Assembly: GCA_964430735.1 (NCBI GenBank)
Contig: CAYSFB010000001.1
Coordinates: 124,082-188,081, forward strand
Source of the DNA: an uncultured Planctomycetia bacterium
GTDB taxonomy: Bacteria; Omnitrophota; Gorgyraeia; 2-02-FULL-51-18; JAGOUK01
DNA length: 64,000 nucleotides
Reading direction: 5' to 3'
Positions 19,132-29,828 of the stretch are shown here, piece by piece. Position 1 is the first letter of the stretch. Every line of letters starts with the position of its first letter. Made by a program: the position numbers and the translations under genes. The notes below the pieces were generated by a model, which was not told the origin of the DNA, made no database searches, and was given only the letters and a program-made list of their open reading frames with translations.

Positions 19132-20559
19132 TTATTCGGCCACCACCCGGTTTCGGCCCGCGCGTTTCGCCTGATACAGGCGCTGGTCGGCCTTGTGGAT
19201 CAGTTCGTCGCGGGTGATTCCGTCGGACGGGTATTCCGCGATGCCAAAGGACATCGTGATCGTGCGGGTCTCGCGACGCAGCTTGAACGGCTTGGCTTCG
19301 ATCGCCGCGCGGATCGACTCCGCCACCCGCACGGCTTCCGCGGCCGTCTTCTGGGGAAGAATGAGGATGAACTCTTCGCCTCCGTAACGGCCGACGATGT
19401 CCGTCGGGCCGGTGCTGGATTTGAGAGTTTCGGCGACGCTGCGCAGCACAAAGTCGCCGGCGGTGTGGCCGAACTCGTCGTTGTATTTCTTGAAAAAATC
19501 GATGTCCGCCATCACGACCGAGAACGGGGCTGCGAGCCGGGCGCAGCGCTGGATCTCTTCGGTGACACGCTCCTGCACATACCGGAGCAGATAGCATTCG
19601 GTCAGACTGTCGATGATCGAAAGTTCGCGCGTCTTTTGATACAGGAGGATGTTGCGGATCACGACGGCGCTCAAGTCCGCGACGATGTCCATCAGCCGCA
19701 GGTCGTCCGTGTGGAACATGCCGGGCTCTTCCGCAGTCAGGCGCAGCACGCCGCATACCGTGGACTTCGAAACGAGCGGAACCGCGCAGAGCGACCGCTC
19801 GCGGGACGACTGCGCCCCTTCTTTAAGAAAACGAAAATCCGTATGCGTGTCTTCGATCAGAAGCGGCTGCGAACGCTTGATCACCCATTCGTCGTATTCG
19901 TTGCCGCGCTTGGCCTTTTCCTCCCCGCCCTTCTTCGAGACCTGGGCGATGAGACCGAGCCCCTCTCCCGCTTCCTCCGAGACATACAGCAGCACCCGGT
20001 CCGCTTCCGGCACCAGCTCCGCGACTTCCTGCACGATGATTTTGCCCGTCGCGTCCAGACTGTCCGCTTCCTTGAGATGGTCCGAGAATTCGCGCATGTA
20101 CTGCAGCCGTTCGAGCTTGCGGCTCAGCGCCGCCAGCAGCCGCGAGCGCTCCTCCAGCGATTTCTGCGCCAGATTGAGGCTTTCCTGGATCTTGTCGCGC
20201 TCCATCATTTTCGAGAGCTTTTCGCGGCCGATCTTGTCGGTGATGTGCTTGAGCCACAGGTACAGCAGCGCGACCGTGACGATGTGTACGCCCATACCCG
20301 GCTCGCCGAGGTCCAGCATCAGGTACGCGGCCAGGAGCGACACGACCGCCGCGAACACAATGAACAGGATGCGTCCGCACAGGAACCAGGTCAGGATCAG
20401 GATGATGTTGGACAGGTAGAGGTTGACGAGGATGATTTGACGCGCGAAATCAAAATCTTTTTCAAGGATGGGAAGATACGAGAAGAACAGGACGCTCCAG
20501 ATCAGAATGGCCGCGATCGGGAGGAAAAAGGACGGAATGAGGGAAACCCTCGGGGGCAT
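19132..20559 (-). CDS. Membrane-anchored GAF-GGDEF diguanylate cyclase (active GGEEF, degenerate I-site)
   Basis: 475 aa. TM N-terminus, a coiled coil and a GAF region, then TGPTDIVGRYGGEEF. The first residue of the I-site RxxD motif, Arg, is missing. Tandem paralog of the upstream gene. Confidence 0.82.
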   Translation of the reverse strand: MPPRVSLIPSFFLPIAAILIWSVLFFSYLPILEKDFDFARQIILVNLYLSNIILILTWFLCGRILFIVFAAVVSLLAAYLMLDLGEPGMGVHIVTVALLYLWLKHITDKIGREKLSKMMERDKIQESLNLAQKSLEERSRLLAALSRKLERLQYMREFSDHLKEADSLDATGKIIVQEVAELVPEADRVLLYVSEEAGEGLGLIAQVSKKGGEEKAKRGNEYDEWVIKRSQPLLIEDTHTDFRFLKEGAQSSRERSLCAVPLVSKSTVCGVLRLTAEEPGMFHTDDLRLMDIVADLSAVVIRNILLYQKTRELSIIDSLTECYLLRYVQERVTEEIQRCARLAAPFSVVMADIDFFKKYNDEFGHTAGDFVLRSVAETLKSSTGPTDIVGRYGGEEFILILPQKTAAEAVRVAESIRAAIEAKPFKLRRETRTITMSFGIAEYPSDGITRDELIHKADQRLYQAKRAGRNRVVAE

Positions 20560-20560
20560 C

Positions 20561-21664
<1,104 letters not shown>

Positions 21665-21671
21665 GGAGGGC

Positions 21672-22610
21672 CTATTTGCCTTTCTTCCGCGGGGCGGCCT
21701 TGGCGGCGGCTGACGGCGTTTTTTTGAGCATCGCCGCAAAATAGGCGAGACGGGATTTGAGGTCGCGGCGGTGGATCACCTGATCCAGCCAGCCGTGCTC
21801 GAGCAAAAACTCGGACGTCTGGAACCCGTCGGGAAGCTTCTGGCGGATGGTCTGCTCGATCACGCGCGGGCCGGTGAACCCGATGAGCGCGCGCGGCTCG
21901 GCGACGACCAGGTCCCCCAGCGACGCGTAGCTGGCCATGATGCCGGCCATCGTCGGGTTCGTCAGAACGGAGATAAAGAGTTGGTCGGCGGAATGGTGAC
22001 GGGCCAACGCGGCGGACGTCTTGGCCATCTGCATGAGCGACAGAGCGCCTTCATACATACGGGCGCCGCCGCCGGAACCGGAAACGATGATGACCGGAAG
22101 GCGCTTCTGCGTCGCCGTTTCGATGGCGCGCGTGAGCTTTTCGCCGACGACGGAACCCATGGAACCCATGATAAAGCGGGAATCCGTGACGCCAAGCACC
22201 ACACGCTGCCCTTCCATCTGGGCCGTGCCGGTAATCACCGCGTCCCGGAGACCGGTGCGGGCGCGCTCTTCTTCCAGTTTGTCGACGTAAGCCTTGGGGC
22301 CTTGGAACTTGATCGGATCGATGGAATGGACGTCGAAGTCCATCTCTTCAAAGGTGTTGGGGTCTGCCAGGGATTCGATGCGCTCGTACGCGCCCAGTGT
22401 CATGTGATAATCACACTTGGGGCAGATGCGGAGGTTCTCTTCGAGCGCCTTGTTGTAGATGATCTCGGAGCAGGCGTCGCACTTGGTCCACAGGCCCTTC
22501 GGAATGTCCTTCTTCCGATCGCTTTTGGCGGTCGAAATCTTGACGTTTTCCGAAGCGTCAGAGGGTGATTTGGATTGGGCGTCAGCCATAGATGGAGAGA
22601 TAGTAATCAT
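21672..22610 (-). CDS. accD: Acetyl-CoA carboxylase carboxyltransferase subunit beta
   Basis: 312 aa. Zn-ribbon CDACSEIIY...CPKCDYH followed by a carboxyltransferase domain. Confidence 0.88.
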   Translation of the reverse strand: MITISPSMADAQSKSPSDASENVKISTAKSDRKKDIPKGLWTKCDACSEIIYNKALEENLRICPKCDYHMTLGAYERIESLADPNTFEEMDFDVHSIDPIKFQGPKAYVDKLEEERARTGLRDAVITGTAQMEGQRVVLGVTDSRFIMGSMGSVVGEKLTRAIETATQKRLPVIIVSGSGGGARMYEGALSLMQMAKTSAALARHHSADQLFISVLTNPTMAGIMASYASLGDLVVAEPRALIGFTGPRVIEQTIRQKLPDGFQTSEFLLEHGWLDQVIHRRDLKSRLAYFAAMLKKTPSAAAKAAPRKKGK

Positions 22611-22725
22611 TTTTTATAATCGGAGGATATTAGCATAAGACCCTCCGTGCTTCAAGAAAACCTTAAGTCTTTTTACTTGGATTTTTATCGGCTAACAGAC
22701 GCGTATCCACCGATCGGTCCGCATG

Positions 22726-24447
22726 TTACGGTAAGTGAGAGATCCGCTCCATGGGAAGCGCCTGAGGCCTGGCAATGAAGTACCCTTGAGCCCAATCCAC
22801 GCCGGCCTGTTTCAGGTACGTCCACTCGGGTTCCGTCTCAATCCCCTCGGCCACGGTCATGGCGTTCATGCTCCGCGCAAACACCGAAAGCGACAAGAGA
22901 ATCTTACGCTTGGCGTCAGACGCGTGGATGTCCCGGATGATCGACTTGTCAAATTTGATGTAGTGGGGCTTGAGTTCCGCCGCTTCCCGCAGACTGACGG
23001 ATCCCCCGCCGGCATCATCGAGCGCAATCTGGGCGCCTTTGGCAACCAGTCCCTCCATCACGAGGCGCACCTGGGCGGATTGCTTGAGCAGGGATTGTTC
23101 GGTGATTTCGATGACGACGCGCCGGGGGTCGAAGAACCCCTCGTCCCAGATCCGCTCCATGCACTGGGCGTCCAGCAGCGTTTCGCGGTTCAGGTTGATG
23201 AACAACTTGCTTCTCGGCGGAAGGTTGTTGGCGCGGCGCAGCACATTGATCGCGCAGGCCACGTCCAGCTCGCGGATAAGGTCCGTTTCGCGCGCGGCCT
23301 GGAACATGCGGACCGGATCGATCGGCTTGCCGTCGGAGCCGGTAAAACGGGACAAGGCCTCGTGGGCACACACCTTCCCCGTCCAATCCACAATCGGCTG
23401 GTAATGGGCTTCCACTTCCCCTGAGTGAATCACGGCCGCGATCCGCATGAGGAGCTCCGAGGCCGGATGGAGCTTTTTCGAGGGATCGGACAAATGGGCC
23501 TGCTGAGGCGACGGTTTGCGGCTGGCCACCTCGAAGCTGAGCGGCGACAAAAGTTCGCGGACGTTGGTGCGCCGGTCCTTCAGGTAGGCACTGTGAGGGT
23601 AACGCTTGAGAAAGCGGTGCATCTGTTCACAGGTCCGGACCACTTCGGCGATGTGCCGGAACGGAAGTTTTTCGTTCGTCACGATGGCGATGGACAGCGT
23701 CACGACGCCTTCGGTCTTTCCCTCGTCGGCGCTTCCGGAAACGCCGCCCAGGCGCGCCTCGAACTGTTCGATCACCCGCTCGGCGAAGTCAACCGCCTTT
23801 TCGGGCGGAAGCGTGACAACGAAGTCACGGTCGCCGAAATGCCCCACGAAGTTGCGGCCCGAGGCGGGCCGGCCGCACACGTCCATCAGGAGATCCATGG
23901 TCCGCCGCACCAGCGCGTCGCCGCGCCGCGGGCCGAAGGTCCGGTAATAAAAATTAAGGTGACGCAAATGGATTGCGCAGATCGCGAACGGATCCTCCTT
24001 TTGGATGATCGCTTCGATGCGCTCGACGCTTGAGCGGCTCCCAGGGAGCCGGGTGAGCGGATGGATATCCAGCGCGTGGGCGCTGGTTTCCACGATTTCG
24101 CGCAGCTGGTACCAGATGTCCGCGGTCGGCTCGTCTCGGGACAGGACGCGGTCGGCGGAACTGTCGGGGAACTCCACGCCGTCGGCCGTATCGGTCATCA
24201 CGATGAGCGGGATGTGTTCGAGGACGGCGTCGGACTTGAGCTGCCGGCAAACCTCGAACCCGCCGACATTCGCCCGCCGCAAATCCACCAGCACCAGATG
24301 CGGCATCTCGTCGTAGACCGACACCACGAGGCTCGAGATGTCGGGGAGCGGAACGAAGCTGAAGCTGGAACTTCCGGCCAGCGCCTCGAACTCCCGGATC
24401 AGCTCCGGATTCTTGGTGTGGATGAGGACTTTGTATTCTTTATTCAT
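22726..24447 (-). CDS. Response regulator with degenerate GGDEF and active EAL domain (c-di-GMP phosphodiesterase)
   Basis: 573 aa. REC domain with a phospho-acceptor Asp (VLVDLRRA). The GGDEF-like segment reads GHFGDRDF and is degenerate. The EAL domain has CAHEALSRF. Confidence 0.8.
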   Translation of the reverse strand: MNKEYKVLIHTKNPELIREFEALAGSSSFSFVPLPDISSLVVSVYDEMPHLVLVDLRRANVGGFEVCRQLKSDAVLEHIPLIVMTDTADGVEFPDSSADRVLSRDEPTADIWYQLREIVETSAHALDIHPLTRLPGSRSSVERIEAIIQKEDPFAICAIHLRHLNFYYRTFGPRRGDALVRRTMDLLMDVCGRPASGRNFVGHFGDRDFVVTLPPEKAVDFAERVIEQFEARLGGVSGSADEGKTEGVVTLSIAIVTNEKLPFRHIAEVVRTCEQMHRFLKRYPHSAYLKDRRTNVRELLSPLSFEVASRKPSPQQAHLSDPSKKLHPASELLMRIAAVIHSGEVEAHYQPIVDWTGKVCAHEALSRFTGSDGKPIDPVRMFQAARETDLIRELDVACAINVLRRANNLPPRSKLFINLNRETLLDAQCMERIWDEGFFDPRRVVIEITEQSLLKQSAQVRLVMEGLVAKGAQIALDDAGGGSVSLREAAELKPHYIKFDKSIIRDIHASDAKRKILLSLSVFARSMNAMTVAEGIETEPEWTYLKQAGVDWAQGYFIARPQALPMERISHLP

Positions 24448-24502
24448 GTCCGGCCGCCCCTCGGGGAGGCCTGAACGAGTATGCCCGGGCGCGCGTCGGG
24501 AA

Positions 24503-26473
24503 TCAATCCCGGACCTTCAAAACAAAAAGCGTCATGTCGTCGTGCTGGGGTGCGCCGTTGACGAAGAGCTCGACTTGTTCGAGAATCCGGGCTGCAATCC
24601 CGGAAGCAGGTTCTTTGCGCGAACGCTTCGCAGCGTCGGTCAACCGGTCGATTTCGAAGTCCTGAGCCTTCCGGTTGCGGGCTTCCGAAATACCGTCCGA
24701 ATACATCAGATACACGTCTCCCGCCTCCAGCGGCACTTCGATTCTGCCGAAGTCGACGTCACCGACCAGTCCGATCGGCATGCCGCCGTCCGGCGACAGC
24801 TGCTCAACGTCCCCGTTCGCCCGGATGCGGGCAACCGGCATATGTCCGCCGTTGGATATCGTCAGAACTCTTTTGCGGAGGTCCGCAACCAGATAATTCA
24901 TCGTGACGAACAAACCGCTCGATTCGCCTTCGGACAGGCCGTTGTTCAGACGGCGCAGCGTTTCCGCGGGATCGAGGCCGGAGGCGGCATGGAATTTGAA
25001 TTCGGCGACGGACCTCGCCATGAACAGGGCGGCCGGCATCCCCTTGCCTGAAACATCTCCGCACATCAGGCCCAGATGGTCCCCGTCCAGCCGCAACACA
25101 GCGTAGAGATCGCCCCCGACGTGCTTGGCCGGCCGCATGAAGACCTCCATCTCGTACCCCTCAACAACCGGAAGACTCGACGGCAGGAAGCTCCGCTGGA
25201 TTTTGCTGGCGATCGAAAGCTCCGTCTCCAGCTGTTCGCGCTTGCGCTTTTCCTGCATCGTCCGCCAGACAATTGCCGACAGGTACACCGCCCAAAACAG
25301 CAGTGTCGGAAAAAAGAAGTCCAGCCAGGCTTTGCCCCAGACAAAGAGAGCCGCGTTCAACGCCGCAAAAAGCCCCCAGCATCCGACCGATGCGGCCGCG
25401 CTCAGAATTAGGTGCTTGCTCCGCGAAATGAACCACCCGGCCGCGACGAGCAGCGCGGCCACAAAAAGATTTACCCACCGCGGCGCACGGCGCATGAAGT
25501 CCGCGTCCAGGACGTTTTGGAAAAAGTCGGCGTGCACACCCACCTGCGGATACAGCGGATCCAGCGGCGTCGCGTTGATATCGTGTGTGGCGGTCGCCGT
25601 GAGGCCGATCAGACACACGCGGTCCTTGAGGCGGCTCAAATCCATGTCCGGCTTTTCGCCGAGCAATTCCTGTCGGTACGCGGCCAGCACTTCCAGATAG
25701 GAGACGTGTTCGAAGGCCTTGCTCCAGGTGCCGTGAAAACGGACCAGAGTCTCGCCGTTCTCGTCGATCGGAATCCGTGCTTTGTCGCCTAGGAGAATCT
25801 CGCCGCGGCGAAATTGGACATCCTCAGGCTTTATCCCGAGACGGTCCATCGCCAGCCGCATTCCCAGATGAAAACGCGGCTGCCCATTTTCCCAAATGAC
25901 CGGAGCAAGGCGGCGGCGCTTCCCGTCCGGATCAACAGCGATGTTCACATGCGCCGTTCCCGCCGACGCCTCCTTCAGCTTCGGCAGGAGCGGTGCGAGC
26001 ACACCCGGAGATTCGGCGCGGCCTGCCACGCCGGCCGGCGCTTGCAGCGCTTCGCAAAAAAAGGCGCGGCCATACCGCGCGGCAGACGCTGCCAGCTCAG
26101 CATCCGAATCGGAAGCCTCAACAAATAAAATGTCCATCCCTGCTGAATACGCGCCATGGGTATTTAAGGCGTCCATAAGAGCTGCGTGGTATTGCCGGTC
26201 GAACGGCCAGCGGCCGATCCCTTCAAGGGCATCGTCCCATATGTCGACCATGAGAACGGGAGAAGCGTGGGAGGAGGCGGGTGCAAGTCGGCAGCGCCAG
26301 TCGTAAGACTGGAGTTCAAAAATCTCAAAGGACCGGGTCCAAGAAAGTGCCGCGGCGATGAGAACCGCCGCGGCGATCAGGACGGGAGCGGAAACGGCGG
26401 AAAGGCGGCGTCCGGCCGATTTGAGCCAGCCCGGCCACGCCCATGAGATCTTCAAAGACTTAAGCACAGGCAA
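24503..26473 (-). CDS. CHASE2 sensor domain-PP2C/SpoIIE family serine phosphatase (RsbU-like partner-switching phosphatase)
   Basis: 656 aa. N-terminal TM helix, a periplasmic CHASE2 signature (RWPFDRQYHAALMDALNTHGAYSAGMDILF), then three TM helices, then a PP2C domain (GGDLYAV...CGDVSGKGMPAALFMA...SDGISE). Confidence 0.78.
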   Translation of the reverse strand: MPVLKSLKISWAWPGWLKSAGRRLSAVSAPVLIAAAVLIAAALSWTRSFEIFELQSYDWRCRLAPASSHASPVLMVDIWDDALEGIGRWPFDRQYHAALMDALNTHGAYSAGMDILFVEASDSDAELAASAARYGRAFFCEALQAPAGVAGRAESPGVLAPLLPKLKEASAGTAHVNIAVDPDGKRRRLAPVIWENGQPRFHLGMRLAMDRLGIKPEDVQFRRGEILLGDKARIPIDENGETLVRFHGTWSKAFEHVSYLEVLAAYRQELLGEKPDMDLSRLKDRVCLIGLTATATHDINATPLDPLYPQVGVHADFFQNVLDADFMRRAPRWVNLFVAALLVAAGWFISRSKHLILSAAASVGCWGLFAALNAALFVWGKAWLDFFFPTLLFWAVYLSAIVWRTMQEKRKREQLETELSIASKIQRSFLPSSLPVVEGYEMEVFMRPAKHVGGDLYAVLRLDGDHLGLMCGDVSGKGMPAALFMARSVAEFKFHAASGLDPAETLRRLNNGLSEGESSGLFVTMNYLVADLRKRVLTISNGGHMPVARIRANGDVEQLSPDGGMPIGLVGDVDFGRIEVPLEAGDVYLMYSDGISEARNRKAQDFEIDRLTDAAKRSRKEPASGIAARILEQVELFVNGAPQHDDMTLFVLKVRD

Positions 26474-26493
26474 CCGCGCGGCTCAAATGCCGT

Positions 26494-27372
26494 TTAGGAC
26501 TTGGAGAAGAACAGGAAGCCGCCTTTTTTGGCCTCGTCTTTGGCGGGCGCGGCGGAAGCCGATGCGGTACCGGAAGCGGCCGCGGCCTCGCGCGCCAGAA
26601 GTTCGGCCCTGGTCATTTCTTCGAGCGCGGCCAGGCGGGCCCGCTCGACCGCGCGCTTGGCACGGTCTTTCGCAAGCTCTTCAGGCGTGAGCTCCTTGCC
26701 CTTCATCAGGACTTTCCAGGGATGATGGCGCACGTCCTCGCTGAATTCCTTGAAGTATTCGGAGGTGACTTCGAGATTGGACATGATGTTGTCGAGCTTG
26801 GGCCGGTTCTTGGACAGGATACCGTCAAGGTTCGTGAGCACCCCCATCACTTTCGGCTTGGCTTCCACCAGCAGCTCATCGGCATGCACGGCGAGGGTTT
26901 TGAATTCCTTCATCGTCGCCGTCGCTTCGTCCATGGCAACCGAGGCTTTTTCCATCAGCTCGTCGAAGTTCACCGGATCGCGCGCAACAATGCTGCCGCC
27001 CGGCTCCACGAATTCGGGGCTCACGCCCGGACGGATCTCGACGTACTTCTCGCCCATCAGGCCCAGCGAAGCCATCATCGCCTCGGCGTCCTTGCGCAGC
27101 TTCACCTGCGACTCGACCCAGATCGTCGCTTCTACGACGGTCGCGTCCGCTTCGTACAACAGCTTCACGTCGCGCACTTCGCCGACTTCGACGCCGGCCA
27201 GGCGGACCGGGGCGAACTTCTTGATGCCCGCGGCCGACTGGAAGCGGGTGGAAACGGTGTAGCCCTTGGGCTTCACGCCGACGTCGCCCGTCTTCAAAAA
27301 GATTCCGATCAGGATCAAGACCGACACGAGCACCGCGATGCCGGTTTTGAGTTCGTTGGATAACTTGGCCAT
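26494..27372 (-). CDS. mlaD: MCE-family periplasmic lipid-binding protein MlaD
   Basis: 292 aa. N-terminal TM anchor, an MCE domain, and a C-terminal Ala/Glu-rich coiled-coil tail. Confidence 0.82.
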   Translation of the reverse strand: MAKLSNELKTGIAVLVSVLILIGIFLKTGDVGVKPKGYTVSTRFQSAAGIKKFAPVRLAGVEVGEVRDVKLLYEADATVVEATIWVESQVKLRKDAEAMMASLGLMGEKYVEIRPGVSPEFVEPGGSIVARDPVNFDELMEKASVAMDEATATMKEFKTLAVHADELLVEAKPKVMGVLTNLDGILSKNRPKLDNIMSNLEVTSEYFKEFSEDVRHHPWKVLMKGKELTPEELAKDRAKRAVERARLAALEEMTRAELLAREAAAASGTASASAAPAKDEAKKGGFLFFSKS

Positions 27373-27392
27373 GTTTCGCTATTGCTCCTTGG

Positions 27393-28215
27393 TTAGTCCT
27401 GAGTCAAACTCTCGAGATAATTCTGTCCCTGCTGGACGAACTGCACCGGGCCTTCCGCTTCGCCTTCGACGAACTGGCGCAGGATGGGGTTGGCGGCCTT
27501 CACGATCTCGTCCGGAGTTCCGAGTTCCAGCACCTCGCCCCGGTGCAGCATGGCGATCCGGTCGGCGATGCGGAACACGCTCTTCATGTCGTGCGTGACG
27601 ACGATCGAGGTGATGTGAAGTTTTTTGGAAAGATCCATGATCAGCTTGTCGACGACCGCGGTCATGACCGGATCGAGGCCGGCGGTCGGCTCGTCGTAAA
27701 AAACGACTTCCGGATCCATCACGATCGCGCGCGCGAGGCCCACGCGCTTGCGCATTCCGCCCGAGAGCATCGACGGCATCAGATGCTCGAAGCCGGTGAG
27801 CCCGACGAGCTCCAGCTTCATCTTGACCACGATGTTGATGACCGCTTCGTCCAGGTCCGTATGCTCCTTGAGCGGCATCGCCACGTTCTCGCCGACGGTC
27901 AGCGAGTCGAACAGCGCCGCCGACTGGAACAACATGCCGAACTTGAGGCGGATCTTGTCCAGACCTTCTTCGTTGAGCGTGTTCAAGTCCTGACCCATGA
28001 ACACGACGCGGCCCTGGTCGGGCTTGGTCTGGCCGATGATGTGGCGGAGCAGCGTTGATTTGCCGCATCCGGACCCGCCCATGATCACCATCGTTTCGCC
28101 GCGGCGGATGTCCAGGTTGATCCCGCGGAGCACCTGACGGCCCCCGAAGGTCTTGTGAAGGTTCTCGACGCGGATCAGCGGTTCGCCCGGTTGGATCGTC
28201 TGAGATTGACTCAAG
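27393..28215 (-). CDS. mlaF: ABC transporter ATP-binding protein MlaF
   Basis: About 274 aa. Walker A GGSGCGKST and signature LSGGMRKRV. There is no in-frame ATG, so the start is inferred as TTG (MSQSQTIQPGEPLIRV) 8 nt downstream of an AAGGGGA RBS. The ORF track extends about 600 nt upstream into mlaE. Confidence 0.75.
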
Positions 28216-28228
28216 CTCTCGGTCCCCT

Positions 28229-29026
28229 TTAGTTTCCGGTGAAGTAGAACATGGCCGTCAGGATCGCATCGGCCAGAATGATCATCACGAATGAAAGAAC
28301 GACGGAGTCCGTGGTCGACTTGCCCACGCCTTCGGCGCCGCCTTGCGTGTTCAGGCCGCGGTGGCAGCTGATCATCGTGATGATGATGCTGAACACCCAG
28401 CCCTTGAGAAGTCCGGTCAGAATGTCTTTTTTGACAAGGAAGTCGAACGTGGTATCGAGGTAAAGACCCGGACGCAGGTCCAGGTAGGTCGTGCCGACGA
28501 GCATGCCGCCGAGCATGCCCGCGACGTCTCCGAGAATCACGAGGCACGGCAGCATGATCATGAGCGCCAGGAAACGCGGGACAACGAGGAAGCGGACCGG
28601 GTTGAGCGCGAGCGTCTCGAGCGCCTCGATCTGCTCGGTGACCTTCATCGTGGAGAGTTCGGCCGTGATGGCCGCGCCGACGCGGCCGGCGATGACAAGC
28701 GAGGTCAGAACGGGTCCGATTTCGCGCGCCATCGAGACGGCGACGAGCGCGGCGACATAAATCGTCGCCCCCATGCGCTCGAGCTGGTACGCGCTCTGCA
28801 TCGCCAGCACCATGCCCATCGAAAAGCACACGAAGCAGACGATCAGGACGGAATTGACGCCGCCGAATACGGCCTGGACCGCCGTGTATTCGATCGAAAC
28901 CGGCTTTTTCTTGAACGGACCGGCGAAGATCCAGTACAGCGTCTGGAAGAACAGCGAGACGATCTCGCGGATCTGCCGGACGACCGACAGGACGGAACCG
29001 CCGACGGCGGACAAAAACCCGGTCAC
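28229..29026 (-). CDS. mlaE: ABC transporter permease MlaE
   Basis: 265 aa, GTG start. Multi-TM MlaE/YrbE-family permease. Confidence 0.8.
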   Translation of the reverse strand: MTGFLSAVGGSVLSVVRQIREIVSLFFQTLYWIFAGPFKKKPVSIEYTAVQAVFGGVNSVLIVCFVCFSMGMVLAMQSAYQLERMGATIYVAALVAVSMAREIGPVLTSLVIAGRVGAAITAELSTMKVTEQIEALETLALNPVRFLVVPRFLALMIMLPCLVILGDVAGMLGGMLVGTTYLDLRPGLYLDTTFDFLVKKDILTGLLKGWVFSIIITMISCHRGLNTQGGAEGVGKSTTDSVVLSFVMIILADAILTAMFYFTGN

Positions 29027-29027
29027 G

Positions 29028-29354
29028 TTATTTGAACTTGGCGACTGCGGTCGCGTCGTCGGGATAGATGCCGAACAGTTTGTCGAGCTTGGTGATCTCG
29101 AACAGGCTGCGGACCTTGTCCGACAAATGCGTCAGATACAGGGCGCCGCCCTTGGCGCGGGCTTTTTTGAGCACTTCGACCAGGGTCGCAAGGCCCGAGC
29201 TGTCGACATAGCCGACCTTGGCCAGGTTGATCACGACCTTCGGGTTCGTGACCTTTTCCATTTCCTTCTTGAGCTGCGGGGACGTGGAGATGTTGATTTC
29301 TCCCTCCACCGTCGCGACTACGACTCCGTTCATCTCGGTGAGCTTGATGTCCAT
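29028..29354 (-). CDS. STAS-domain protein (anti-sigma-factor antagonist SpoIIAA/RsbV-like; also MlaB-like)
   Basis: 108 aa. The phosphorylatable-serine motif VDSSGLATL is present. Its stop is 1 nt from the mlaE start. Confidence 0.85.
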   Translation of the reverse strand: MDIKLTEMNGVVVATVEGEINISTSPQLKKEMEKVTNPKVVINLAKVGYVDSSGLATLVEVLKKARAKGGALYLTHLSDKVRSLFEITKLDKLFGIYPDDATAVAKFK

Positions 29355-29387
29355 CGGTCTTCCTCTCCTGTTCGGTGATGCCGGTCG

Positions 29388-29828
29388 TTAGGGTTTCTGA
29401 TTCTGAAGGCGTTTGGTGATTTCGACCAGGCTGCCGTTTTTCTTGTACTCCAGCCGGCTCATCAAATGCTTCACCAAATAAACGCCGCGGCCGCTGTAGG
29501 CCTCAATGTTGCTGCTGTCCGTGGGGTCCTTGAGACGTTCCACCACGAAGCCCTTTCCCTGATCCTGGACGGCGACCCGGATTTCGCCGGAATCGTACGA
29601 AGCGGTCACGTTGACCGGCACTTCCGCCCTGTACCCGTTCCCATGCTTCATCGCGTTGATCAGGATTTCCTCGAAGCTCAGACGCAGGTCGAAACGGTCC
29701 GACTCATTCAGGCTCAAGGGGCTCAAAAAATCAAAAAGGCGCTTGGTCGCTCCCGGAATTTCTTCCAGCGAACTCGATACGTCGAAGCGGAGGGTCCGGG
29801 CGGCGGGGATCTGAGCCGGATCGCTCAT
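29388..29828 (-). CDS. Anti-sigma regulatory factor serine kinase (RsbW/SpoIIAB-like, GHKL ATPase)
   Basis: 146 aa. HATPase_c N-box (EEILINAMKHGN) and a G-box (GRGVYLV). It lies immediately upstream of the STAS gene. Confidence 0.8.
   Translation of the reverse strand: MSDPAQIPAARTLRFDVSSSLEEIPGATKRLFDFLSPLSLNESDRFDLRLSFEEILINAMKHGNGYRAEVPVNVTASYDSGEIRVAVQDQGKGFVVERLKDPTDSSNIEAYSGRGVYLVKHLMSRLEYKKNGSLVEITKRLQNQKP

Noticed and set aside
28216-28829. About 200-codon upstream extension of the mlaF ORF overlapping mlaE
   Set aside because: The extension is His/Arg-rich nonsense and overlaps the mlaE coding frame. A TTG start with an AAGGGGA RBS just after the mlaE stop gives a normal MlaF N-terminus.
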